In this document: positions 38,353-46,668 of the stretch, in pieces
Numbering within the stretch: position 1 is the first letter of the stretch
Layout: each line of letters opens with the position of its first letter
IMG/VR virus record: IMGVR_UViG_3300021185_002094
Strand: one strand, 5' to 3'
DNA: 64,000 bases
Source: an uncultured virus (IMG/VR IMGVR_UViG_3300021185_002094)
Taxonomy: Duplodnaviria; Heunggongvirae; Uroviricota; Caudoviricetes
Program-made: the position numbers and the translations under genes
Notes under the pieces: generated by a model
What the model saw: only the letters and a program-made list of their open reading frames with translations
Database searches by the model: none
What the model was told of the DNA's origin: nothing

Positions 38353-39471
38353 TTAATTTACCTGATTGATATAAATGAAAACATCTTCGCCGTCGTTTCC
38401 AGTTATATTTCCTTCCCATGTTGGAGTATTAGTTTCTAGTGTAAAGTTATTTCCGGTTCCTATTTTAACCTTTATAGTTCCGTTTACTTTTCTATATAGT
38501 ACTAAACTGCCATCTTCCAAATATACATTATATTGAGATTCTTCATTGAATCCTCTTGCTGCACCTTTAATATCAAACTCACCTAGTGTATCAAATAAAT
38601 CCGACGAGTCTATAATATCTAACACATCAACTAAATATTCAACATCTAATTCATCAATATCTAATTCACTAAAATCTAATTCAGCCTCTGATTCTTCCAG
38701 TGCATCTTTTTCTAATTCATTAAACTCCAAAAAATCTATATCTAATAAACCTTGGTCATCATTCTGATCGTCAGCTAGTTCTTCTTGTATTCTATCAGAT
38801 ACTTCTGGAGGTGGTGCAACAATAAACATATTGTCTATTACTGCTGGAGTAATTCCAGTTAATTTTACTGCTCTTGTTGGTGGCGTATCTAAACTACTTA
38901 CCATTGTGGCTTGATATGCTTCAGTAAGAGTTACTGTTCCACCTAAATTTTCTATTTCTATTTCTCCAGATGGATTTCCATATTCATCTGGTAATAAAAT
39001 CACTAAAGACCTACCCAATTCATCAACAGTTGTGGTAAAGTCTGTGCCTCTTATTGCTATACTTGCCGTAGGGGTAGATATATCTATATTGGCTTTATTT
39101 ACTAAACCTAATCTACCCGAAGCAAACCTTGCCGTACCCATCGTGAACTTCATTGTCATTTTGGAAAGGGATGGGTCAGCATCATAATATACTTCATCTA
39201 TTAATACTTCACTGTGTTCTTTTAATGCCAATTGAGCCTTATCTAAAAACTCTATTAACATTCTTCCCTTACCTGTTTCTGCTACATCATTTAATACTAT
39301 TTCGGTATCAACATTCATTGATACACTTTCTTGATTTCTTAATATCTGCCCAATACCAGTAGACTCAACAATACTTCCGATACCTTCATCTGCAATTGCA
39401 AAACTAGGTAACAGAAGTATTATACTAAGAGTCGTTTGAAGTATCTTGCTGATTAATCTGTATAGTAGCAT
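38353..39471 (-). CDS. FecR-domain exported protein
   Basis: Signal peptide; ND..ETG.GR..I.F.D...L.L.EHSEVLIDE, G..RF.SG, TPTASIAIRGTDF; acidic C-terminal region. Confidence 0.85.
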   Translation of the reverse strand: MLLYRLISKILQTTLSIILLLPSFAIADEGIGSIVESTGIGQILRNQESVSMNVDTEIVLNDVAETGKGRMLIEFLDKAQLALKEHSEVLIDEVYYDADPSLSKMTMKFTMGTARFASGRLGLVNKANIDISTPTASIAIRGTDFTTTVDELGRSLVILLPDEYGNPSGEIEIENLGGTVTLTEAYQATMVSSLDTPPTRAVKLTGITPAVIDNMFIVAPPPEVSDRIQEELADDQNDDQGLLDIDFLEFNELEKDALEESEAELDFSELDIDELDVEYLVDVLDIIDSSDLFDTLGEFDIKGAARGFNEESQYNVYLEDGSLVLYRKVNGTIKVKIGTGNNFTLETNTPTWEGNITGNDGEDVFIYINQVN

Positions 39472-40165
39472 TATCAGACGTAATATCTAAGTTTATAATT
39501 GCATTTGGTGTTGCACAACCAACTCCTGCTCCACTAGCACAAGTACCAGAAATCTGATTAATATCAATGTCTGCAGAATCACCATTAAGTTCAACAGTTA
39601 ATTCTTGTGAACCATCATTCTGTAGTGTATTAATATTATTACTTGAACCAGTAATATCAAAGTCCCAAGTTGAATCGTCTGCTTCGAAATCTAAATCAAA
39701 GACATTGGAATCACCAATAAGAACTAAGTCAGCATCTAATCTTTCTGCACTTGTAACAAAACCTTGATCAATATTAAAGGTATTACTATCACCTGTTATA
39801 TCAAAGTTATAATCTGAATCATCTGAACTTGCAGTATAACCAATATTCCAATCTACTTCGTTGGAATCACCAGTTAAAGAAAATGTTAAGTCAGAAGAGT
39901 CCATTTCAATAGGGCCATAAATTAAATTCTGGTTACCTAGCATATCAATATCAAATGTTAACGAAGAACCTACAATGGTCATATTTGAACCTGATGATGA
40001 AAAATCATCTAGGCCGATTTTATTACCATAGCCAATTTGATCAATATAAATGGTTAAAGTATCACCACTTTGCTCGATCATAATTTCGTTATCATCATCA
40101 GCTTGCACAGAAAAATTTGCAAATAATAAGCTAGTTACTAAACTAAAGCTAATTAATTTCTTCAT
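39425..40165 (-). CDS. curlin-repeat protein (CsgA/CsgB-like)
   Basis: Signal peptide ending SVQA; repeated F-D-I-T-G-D-S-N and I-x-Q units. Confidence 0.75.
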   Translation of the reverse strand: MKKLISFSLVTSLLFANFSVQADDDNEIMIEQSGDTLTIYIDQIGYGNKIGLDDFSSSGSNMTIVGSSLTFDIDMLGNQNLIYGPIEMDSSDLTFSLTGDSNEVDWNIGYTASSDDSDYNFDITGDSNTFNIDQGFVTSAERLDADLVLIGDSNVFDLDFEADDSTWDFDITGSSNNINTLQNDGSQELTVELNGDSADIDINQISGTCASGAGVGCATPNAIINLDITSDNATIQINQQDTSNDS

Positions 40166-41150
40166 TTTCGTTATCCTCTATTATAGAGTGTCTATCGTTA
40201 TTTCCATCGTGTTGATGGGGATGGCGATGACCCTCAGTTATGTTCCAGAAGTTACGGTCATGCCCCTGGTATATTAGTTCTAGTACTGCTGCCTCGACTG
40301 CTGCTCGTACTGCGTATGTCACACTCTCATTATTTCCCACTCCGTCCTCATATTCAATCAGCTGTGTACCTTGTTCAATGAACCTGAATACATCGCCGCC
40401 ACCACCATAAGAAAGTACCGATTTCTTAGATTGGACGTTTAATAAAACTTCACCTGTTAAGACTGAAACTGCTCTTACTGAAACAGTAACTACATCTTTT
40501 CTATACATCTTACTAAAACCTATACCAAGTGTACGTGCGCCACGGCCACCTGTTTCAGTATTAGTATCATAACCAATAATACCACCCTCTATAATTATTC
40601 CGGCGAATAAGAGTGGACTCAATTCTTTTGCAGTATTACCTTGATGTCTTGCAACATCTTGTCTACCACTTCTGATAATCTGTCTTTCTCTAACTAGATT
40701 ATCAATACCTTGTCTTTCTACTACTCTAAACCATGTACCGCCTCCGGCAGTTTTAAGAGCATCTATTAGTAATTCTGTGCCACCTTGGGTGACTGCTGTA
40801 GAGAAAGATGCAATATTATCTACTGACTTTCTCTGGCCTGTTAAATCTTTAAATGAATAAACCGCAACAACAGGTTTATCTTTTGCTGGTGGTAAGTTTA
40901 GTAAGTCTACATATGCAGGTAATCTAACAGCTGTTGGTTCATCTACACATATATATTTTCTAGCCATGGTTTTCTGTATACCCATAACTAGATGTCTATC
41001 AAATCCTTGTTCATACTTACCTTCAAGATCATTGCAATCTTGTGGGTTAGGGCTCCATTGAGGTATAGAAGCACATCCAGTAATAATTAACATTGATGAT
41101 AATATAAGAGCTCTAACCATTGTCTGGATCCTGCCCGAAATTACCTGCAC
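40149..41150 (-). CDS. csgG: curli secretion channel lipoprotein
   Basis: Lipobox IITGC; L.NLPPAK.K.VVAVYSF.D.TGQRK, FSTAVTQG, WF.VVERQG..NL..ERQIIR, IIEGGIIGYDTN..TGG.GAR, NESVT.AV..A.E.AV. Confidence 0.95.
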   Translation of the reverse strand: MQVISGRIQTMVRALILSSMLIITGCASIPQWSPNPQDCNDLEGKYEQGFDRHLVMGIQKTMARKYICVDEPTAVRLPAYVDLLNLPPAKDKPVVAVYSFKDLTGQRKSVDNIASFSTAVTQGGTELLIDALKTAGGGTWFRVVERQGIDNLVRERQIIRSGRQDVARHQGNTAKELSPLLFAGIIIEGGIIGYDTNTETGGRGARTLGIGFSKMYRKDVVTVSVRAVSVLTGEVLLNVQSKKSVLSYGGGGDVFRFIEQGTQLIEYEDGVGNNESVTYAVRAAVEAAVLELIYQGHDRNFWNITEGHRHPHQHDGNNDRHSIIEDNENEEIN

Positions 41151-41652
41151 CTACTGGAATTTCTATAACAGTTTCACTGCCGTCCTCAGATATAATTGTC
41201 ATTCTAATAACTTCTGATCCATCTGCATTAGTAATTACTTCATAAGTAATAGTATTACCTTCTAAAACAAATGACCCGAATCTAACCGAATCATCATTTG
41301 AAAACATTGATTCCACTAATTGTTTTGCCATTTGAGCATATATTCTGCTCTCTAAGTTTCTTATAAACTTTGCCAAAACACTATTATCTTCTTCTCTTTG
41401 TGCAGCTCTTCTTGCCGCTTCAAGTGCATCCTCTATAGCTTTCTTTCTAGTGTGTTCTATATTATCAATAGTAAGATAATGATTACCTGTTCCAACTCCA
41501 CTAAAAGAAGGATTTTTAAACCCGAACTTTATTTCATCTGCCATTGCAGATTGTGCTAATACGAACATTATACATGCTGTTACTAATATTAAAATTGGTT
41601 CATTTCCCTTTATCATCTTTTCCTCTAGCCTTTCTCTTCTTTTCATTTTCAC
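41113..41652 (-). CDS. csgF: curli assembly protein
   Basis: Signal peptide, then IKFGFKNPSFSG (cf. CsgF F.F.NP.FGG), F..NLESRI...., G.F..EG.TI, T.IEIP; upstream of csgG. Confidence 0.85.
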   Translation of the reverse strand: MKMKRRERLEEKMIKGNEPILILVTACIMFVLAQSAMADEIKFGFKNPSFSGVGTGNHYLTIDNIEHTRKKAIEDALEAARRAAQREEDNSVLAKFIRNLESRIYAQMAKQLVESMFSNDDSVRFGSFVLEGNTITYEVITNADGSEVIRMTIISEDGSETVIEIPVGAGNFGQDPDNG

Positions 41653-41872
41653 GCATTTCTAAGATTACATTTACTTTTTGTTGTAGTCTTATTAAATCCT
41701 GATCTAACATTCTAGTCTGATCAATTACCCTTATCAATGCCATGTGCATTTCATCTAATTTGGGCTCAATATGTTCATTAATAAACCTATAGACATAGTA
41801 TATAAAATACCCCATTCCTACAGCCATCACGGCAGGAAACCCATAGTCTGAAACTAATTGAGCTACATCCAT
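41600..41872 (-). CDS. small single-TM coiled-coil protein
   Basis: DYGFPAVMAVGMGYFIYYV then RVIDQTRMLDQDLIRLQQKV. Confidence 0.7.
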   Translation of the reverse strand: MDVAQLVSDYGFPAVMAVGMGYFIYYVYRFINEHIEPKLDEMHMALIRVIDQTRMLDQDLIRLQQKVNVILEMRENEKKRKARGKDDKGK

Positions 41873-42168
41873 TAGTCTCTCCTAGTATCTAATTTACCAT
41901 CTTCTATAAAGTTTTCAGCTCTAGCTATTCTCTCTGTATCTGGTCGTAAATCTAATGCAGTACTTACAAGTAAGTCAATCTTTATCATTTCATTGCTCAT
42001 TGTTCGTGCTCTATTCTCTAAACTCTTTGCAAATATAGTAAGAGTATTAATCTTTTCTACTATACCTTGCAATATTTGTTTTATGACAATAAAAATAAAT
42101 AGGCCCATAACAAGTGATCCTGCTATTGGCGCTCCAACGTCTGCAATTAGTTTGAACACATCTTCCAT
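41872..42168 (-). CDS. small single-TM coiled-coil protein, paralog-like to its neighbour
   Basis: DVGAPIAGSLVMGLFIFIV then LENRARTMSNEMIKID; ends KLDTRRD. Confidence 0.7.
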   Translation of the reverse strand: MEDVFKLIADVGAPIAGSLVMGLFIFIVIKQILQGIVEKINTLTIFAKSLENRARTMSNEMIKIDLLVSTALDLRPDTERIARAENFIEDGKLDTRRD

Positions 42169-42173
42169 ATATC

Positions 42174-42181
42174 TATTTATA
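42174..42181 (-). promoter_or_regulatory. T4-type late promoter heading the curli/cyclase cassette
   Basis: Exact TATAAATA 5 nt upstream of the ATG at 42168. Confidence 0.75.
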
Positions 42182-42205
42182 AGGCTAAGGCGCTCAGATG
42201 CTATA

Positions 42206-42228
42206 ATCCCTCCATTTTTTGGAGGGAT
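42206..42228. terminator. 9-bp hairpin, probable terminator
   Basis: ATCCCTCCA-TTTTT-TGGAGGGAT just after the stop at 42234; weak U-tail. Confidence 0.6.
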
Positions 42229-42233
42229 AATGC

Positions 42234-42497
42234 TTAGTGTGTTTGTGCTAGTTTAACTGCCTTAACACCAGTAACTGAGTTACCTACTTCAAGAGTTTCA
42301 TTTATACCTTTACGGATATTTAAAACTTCTCCAGTATTAACTGTTACAGTGCCTACTGTACTTGAACCATCTTTAATAGTTACTAACTGTGCAGCGGCAT
42401 TAGTGTTTAGGACTCTAACAAGTGAAGCACGTGATACATTAGAAGCAGTATTACTTAATGCTACTTCTGCTGCTTTTACTTTAACTGTTTCAGCCAT
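42234..42497 (-). CDS. small beta-rich protein, possibly virion-associated
   Basis: 87 aa, GGAG RBS, A/S/T/V-rich. Confidence 0.6.
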   Translation of the reverse strand: MAETVKVKAAEVALSNTASNVSRASLVRVLNTNAAAQLVTIKDGSSTVGTVTVNTGEVLNIRKGINETLEVGNSVTGVKAVKLAQTH

Positions 42498-42675
42498 ATT
42501 TATTCTCCATTTCTTTTCTAGTTAGATGCCAATCTGAGTGTCTGAAAAATCCTTGTTTATCATGACACCAATACCAGCCCATACTTGTTTGTTCTTCGTT
42601 GGTATGATAATATCTTACACTGCCTCGAGTCTCGACATGAGTCTCTCCGCCCTGTTTGTCACTTGTTTGTACCAT
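42490..42675 (-). CDS. hypothetical protein
   Basis: 61 aa with GWYWCHDKQGFFRHSDW; overlaps the lysozyme end; start uncertain. Confidence 0.45.
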   Translation of the reverse strand: MVQTSDKQGGETHVETRGSVRYYHTNEEQTSMGWYWCHDKQGFFRHSDWHLTRKEMENKYG

Positions 42676-43061
42676 CTTGAATCTCTCCCCTCAACTGCGG
42701 CCTCTTTCCAGTCACCCTTTAGTATAGCCGCGTGCATTTTCTTAAATTTACTTAATCTGGTTCTACCCATATTAAACATCATGTTGACCAATATCTGCTG
42801 GACTTCGTCGGGTAAGTTACTAAATTCCCCTCCTTCGTATAGCTGATTACATTCTTCGACGGCGATATCGAGATCACGCTCGAAGCATTCTTTAACTCGC
42901 TCTTCGGAAACCAAAGTGCCAACTTCAGATCCGTGTTCCGGATCAGAGTCGAGTACCAAGTGTCCCACCCCAAAAGTAGGATATCCCAGATGATCTTTAT
43001 ATATTGCATATACGACCCCTTCGTCCTCTTTTAATTGCTCAAATACTTTTTCTCTATTCAT
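42615..43061 (-). CDS. T4-type lysozyme (GH24)
   Basis: LKEDEG...IYKDHLGYPTFGVGHL (E-x8-D-x5-T triad), LVNMMFNMG, SRWYKQV.NRA.RL; start taken at MNREK. Confidence 0.93.
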   Translation of the reverse strand: MNREKVFEQLKEDEGVVYAIYKDHLGYPTFGVGHLVLDSDPEHGSEVGTLVSEERVKECFERDLDIAVEECNQLYEGGEFSNLPDEVQQILVNMMFNMGRTRLSKFKKMHAAILKGDWKEAAVEGRDSRWYKQVTNRAERLMSRLEAV

Positions 43062-43180
43062 TGTTGTTTCCTGTTCCTTCATAAACCATATTGCCATTTT
43101 TTTCCTCATTCTTTTTGCTATTTTTTTCAAATAACATTCTCTCATATTCAACTGTTTGCCAAAATACTTTATCTACTTCC

Positions 43181-44077
43181 TTAAACAGTTGTTCTTGTGT
43201 AAGCTTTAACATGAGTAATTTCCTTAGATGTAGTATTATATACACAACCCCAAATAAATAATATTGGTTCTATAGTATCATCATCGGTATCATATGGGAA
43301 AGTATAAGAGTTTGCGGTACACCATTCTTGCATTACTATTGCATCTGCTTGAAAATAAACATCAACATTTTCATCAATGTTTTCATCTTTATCATGTATT
43401 CTAGCAAAGAATGTATAACTACACACAGGTAATAAATCATGTATTTCCTGCCATGTATCAATGTCCGCATTTTTCATTTCTTCATCTGGAATTACAAACT
43501 TTGCCAAAACTGTTTCAGTTACTGTATCAAATTTAAGGCCGTACCAAGATTTATATTCTTCGTAAGTTGCATTGAATGCTGTTTTAATTGTATTGGTTGG
43601 TTCATCAAAATTATAGAATGAGATACAAGGATTGTTATCATAAGGTGGTCTTGCTGCAGTATATTCTGAAACTAGATTCTGATTATTATTATCATAAGAA
43701 GCTACTTCATCTGGCCATGTAGCTTCTAATTTAGTTACTATGGCCTGGCCTTGAGTTGTACCTACTGCATAATCTACTCTTGCTGAACTTCCACCCATAT
43801 AAGTAGTATCCATAACTTGAGAAGTATTAATGGTCTTTACTCTTTCCATTTGAGAGTTTACAGAACCTATTGTTTCGTGATAAGCTTTTAATGCTTTCCT
43901 TTCAGTCAACATTTCATCTATTTCGCCTACTAGACCCCAATTATAATCACCTTTAAAAATTTCAGTATTATATATTACAGATGAAGTTTCTATCCACAAT
44001 CCATTACTATCAGTAATCTTTGTAGTATATCCACTTGGGCTTTCTGGATTTTTTGTATGTGTATATGTGTATGCCAT
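43181..44077 (-). CDS. hypothetical protein (possible fibre chaperone or virion protein)
   Basis: 298 aa acidic ORF directly after a fibre-like gene. Confidence 0.65.
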   Translation of the reverse strand: MAYTYTHTKNPESPSGYTTKITDSNGLWIETSSVIYNTEIFKGDYNWGLVGEIDEMLTERKALKAYHETIGSVNSQMERVKTINTSQVMDTTYMGGSSARVDYAVGTTQGQAIVTKLEATWPDEVASYDNNNQNLVSEYTAARPPYDNNPCISFYNFDEPTNTIKTAFNATYEEYKSWYGLKFDTVTETVLAKFVIPDEEMKNADIDTWQEIHDLLPVCSYTFFARIHDKDENIDENVDVYFQADAIVMQEWCTANSYTFPYDTDDDTIEPILFIWGCVYNTTSKEITHVKAYTRTTV

Positions 44078-45520
44078 CTATATTATCTCTATAAAGTGTG
44101 TACCGCCGGATGCGCCAAAAATAGCTCCACTGGCAGTAGAGGATGGAGAACCTACTGAAGGCGAACTTCCATTGTAACTATAGTATGCGATTCCATTGGT
44201 ACTAGTAAAACTAAATGCTGTTCTGGCCAAAGTTAAATCTGCACTACCACTATTATTACTTTGCCCTAAATATACTTTTAAAGTTGTCCATCCAGTATTA
44301 GTAAAGGATCCTGAAAATCCAGATTTTATATATTGAAAATATAGGATTCCATTTGTATTCAAAATGCTCGACATAATACAACCAGTCTGCCCACCAACTG
44401 TTCCTGATAAGCTTGTGCCAGTGGCACTACCAATAGCACTAATCCCATTAAATCCATTACTAAAGTGATATTGGCCTGAATCATGGCCATTTGTGATAGT
44501 CGCGCCCATAATTGCTGATACTAATGGTGTTCTTGTCTTTCCATAAAACTCACTAAATTTTATTTCTCCACTTGTAGGTATACCTGTTGTATTATGAAAA
44601 GTACCAGCTTTATAATAATCACTAAACTCAATTGGATCAGTATCTGTGTTGCCTGACATTTCTTCTGAAATGCCTGTATTAAGTGTTGAACTAGCACCTT
44701 GAGTAAGTTTAAATGTTTTACTACCTGTTGTTCCTATGGCTGATAAATCTGAATCAGTAACATCAGCTCCAGACCATAACCAGGTTCTATAATAATGTGT
44801 ACCAGATGAAACATTACTATCATTCGCCGCATTAGAAGCTTGTGATGTAGTAACTGATGCATCAGTTCTTAAAAATTCTTGGCCATTAATAATTACGCTA
44901 TAAAAAGAATCATTACTATCTGGTGGAGATGCACTAGTATTTTTCAATAATAACATTATCCAATTTCCTTCTCCTTGTGTATTTAATACTGTACCATTAG
45001 GATAGGTATTTGAACTATTATTAAACCAACCAAAGTTATGAACTTCTAATGTCCCTACTGATCCACCACCAGTATATGACTGAGTTGATATACTTCCTAA
45101 TGAGTTTTCATCTGTACCTAAGCTAATACCTACAACACCCTTAGCCGTCCACCATGTTCCTCCGAGGCCACCTGCAGGTGTATTACCAAACCAACCAATA
45201 TCATCCATGAATCCTGAACCAAGGACTGCACCACTTGAAAAATTTACCGAAGGATTAGTATCATCAAATCCTCTAGCCAATCTATTGGTTCCATTATACT
45301 CAGTAGTTTGTGATGTTTTATATCCGTATATAGTTCCTGTTAAAGTGTTAAACGCGGTATAAAAGACATCTGAATTTTCTTGTGTACGTGTAAATCCTTT
45401 TACTTGCAATGATGTACTTGCTGACGTAATTGTTGTGTCTAAATAAAAGGTTTGGCCTGAAGGATTAGTATCGCCTGTACCTTTTAGTAATATTTGACTT
45501 CCTGATGATACTAGTGCCAT
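44078..45520 (-). CDS. virion fibre/adhesin-like protein
   Basis: G/S/T/N-rich; MALVSSG..I start and PIEFSDYY..G...IPTSGEIKFSEFYG motif typical of phage fibre proteins. Confidence 0.65.
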   Translation of the reverse strand: MALVSSGSQILLKGTGDTNPSGQTFYLDTTITSASTSLQVKGFTRTQENSDVFYTAFNTLTGTIYGYKTSQTTEYNGTNRLARGFDDTNPSVNFSSGAVLGSGFMDDIGWFGNTPAGGLGGTWWTAKGVVGISLGTDENSLGSISTQSYTGGGSVGTLEVHNFGWFNNSSNTYPNGTVLNTQGEGNWIMLLLKNTSASPPDSNDSFYSVIINGQEFLRTDASVTTSQASNAANDSNVSSGTHYYRTWLWSGADVTDSDLSAIGTTGSKTFKLTQGASSTLNTGISEEMSGNTDTDPIEFSDYYKAGTFHNTTGIPTSGEIKFSEFYGKTRTPLVSAIMGATITNGHDSGQYHFSNGFNGISAIGSATGTSLSGTVGGQTGCIMSSILNTNGILYFQYIKSGFSGSFTNTGWTTLKVYLGQSNNSGSADLTLARTAFSFTSTNGIAYYSYNGSSPSVGSPSSTASGAIFGASGGTHFIEII

Positions 45521-45786
45521 TACTTAATTATCCCCGATATTAAATCTTCAAACTGCTCGATCTTCTCAACTCTATTTGGCCATAATATATATTCTTTGTC
45601 TGGATTCTTCTTTAAGTTGCTTAGAAGTGGCAGAATGCTGTTATATAATTTGTTAAGTTTATCTTCTAATTCCTGTACATTAGCAGACGCAGTAGAAGCC
45701 TGAGTTTTTACACTCTGTACTGCTTCTAATTCATCTTCATCTACTGCAGTAAACCCGAAGTCAAAGTCTAATAAATCATTACTCAT
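45520..45786 (-). CDS. conserved hypothetical phage protein
   Basis: FDFGFTAVDEDEL...I.PLL.NLKKNP.KEYILWPNR. Confidence 0.75.
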   Translation of the reverse strand: MSNDLLDFDFGFTAVDEDELEAVQSVKTQASTASANVQELEDKLNKLYNSILPLLSNLKKNPDKEYILWPNRVEKIEQFEDLISGIIK

Positions 45787-45959
45787 ATTTGTTCCTCTAT
45801 TAAACTATTTATAAGGTTTTTATTCTCTTTTCTTTTATTTTGTTTCTTTTTATTTGGTATAACTTTATGGTTAAATGGCAGGTTACTATCCCATAAAACT
45901 TTATGGTATCTAGTTTTTAATCTTTTTGATTTTTGTGGCCGTCTTACTTTCTTCGCCAT
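45783..45959 (-). CDS. small basic protein
   Basis: MAKKVRRPQ...HKVLWDSNLPFNHKVI; start re-assigned to the internal ATG. Confidence 0.55.
   Translation of the reverse strand: MAKKVRRPQKSKRLKTRYHKVLWDSNLPFNHKVIPNKKKQNKRKENKNLINSLIEEQI
45806..45813 (-). promoter_or_regulatory. T4-type late promoter
   Basis: TATAAATA, then a GAGG RBS and the ATG at 45786. Confidence 0.7.
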
Positions 45960-46062
45960 CTTTCTTTCCTTTATTAAAGATTCTATCCCAGTTATCGTTA
46001 TATTTATCACGATCGGTAGGTCTTGTTTTAGATCCTTTACCTCCGTGCCATTGTTTAGTCAA
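45910..46062 (-). CDS. small conserved phage protein, 50 aa (not in ORF track)
   Basis: TTG start after GGAG; MTKQWHGGKGSKTRPTDRDKYNDNWDRIF... Confidence 0.6.
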   Translation of the reverse strand: MTKQWHGGKGSKTRPTDRDKYNDNWDRIFNKGKKDGEESKTATKIKKIKN

Positions 46063-46306
46063 AGATATTACTCCACTTTTTCAATTTGTTTCTCTTAACT
46101 TCCATTCTTTCTTGTATCTGTTCTTCTGTAACAAATCCATATTGTTTTAGAACTTCTATCATTAGAGCAAGATCTCCGATTTCATCCCTAAGGTTTTCTA
46201 AAAAATTTTCTTTTAATCCGTCTGTTCTAATTACTTTACTACAGGCTTGAGTAAGTTCTCCGCACTCTTCCATAGTAATTACTAATACTTCTTCTAATCT
46301 TTCCAT
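46055..46306 (-). CDS. MazG-like NTP pyrophosphohydrolase
   Basis: MEECGELTQACSK...LRDEIGDL acidic EExxE/ExxD motif. Confidence 0.75.
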   Translation of the reverse strand: MERLEEVLVITMEECGELTQACSKVIRTDGLKENFLENLRDEIGDLALMIEVLKQYGFVTEEQIQERMEVKRNKLKKWSNIFD

Positions 46307-46313
46307 TATATTT

Positions 46314-46484
46314 TTACCAATTGTGTATCACACCTGCCATAATAAAAAAGCAAGTTATAAAATTTACTACTACTATTATTGTTCTAATTAGTGCAATCTT
46401 ATCGGCTTCACTATTAGTTTTTCCTAACTTTTCTCCTAAAGATAATGCCCATATTCTCCAAAACTTATTTCGCGCTCCAGACAA
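46314..46484 (-). CDS. small conserved membrane protein (not in ORF track)
   Basis: FWRIWALSLGEKLGKTNSEADKIALIRTIIVVVNFITCFFIMAGVIHNW; TTG start uncertain. Confidence 0.6.
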   Translation of the reverse strand: MSGARNKFWRIWALSLGEKLGKTNSEADKIALIRTIIVVVNFITCFFIMAGVIHNW

Positions 46485-46668
46485 TTTTTACCCCTCGCCT
46501 AACTAATTCGTTTTGGCATTTTTGTTTAACTTTTGGCTTACCATTTGAACTATTGATATAATCAAATAATTCTTGCTTTGGCATAGTCTTCATGTAGAAG
46601 TTTTCTGTTTTATTCTTTCCCGTCTTTTTATCTCTTACTGTTTGAGATGGTTTAAATTTTACTGGCAT
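46465..46668 (-). CDS. hypothetical protein
   Basis: 67 aa basic ORF, TAATG coupling. Confidence 0.6.
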   Translation of the reverse strand: MPVKFKPSQTVRDKKTGKNKTENFYMKTMPKQELFDYINSSNGKPKVKQKCQNELVRRGVKIVWSAK

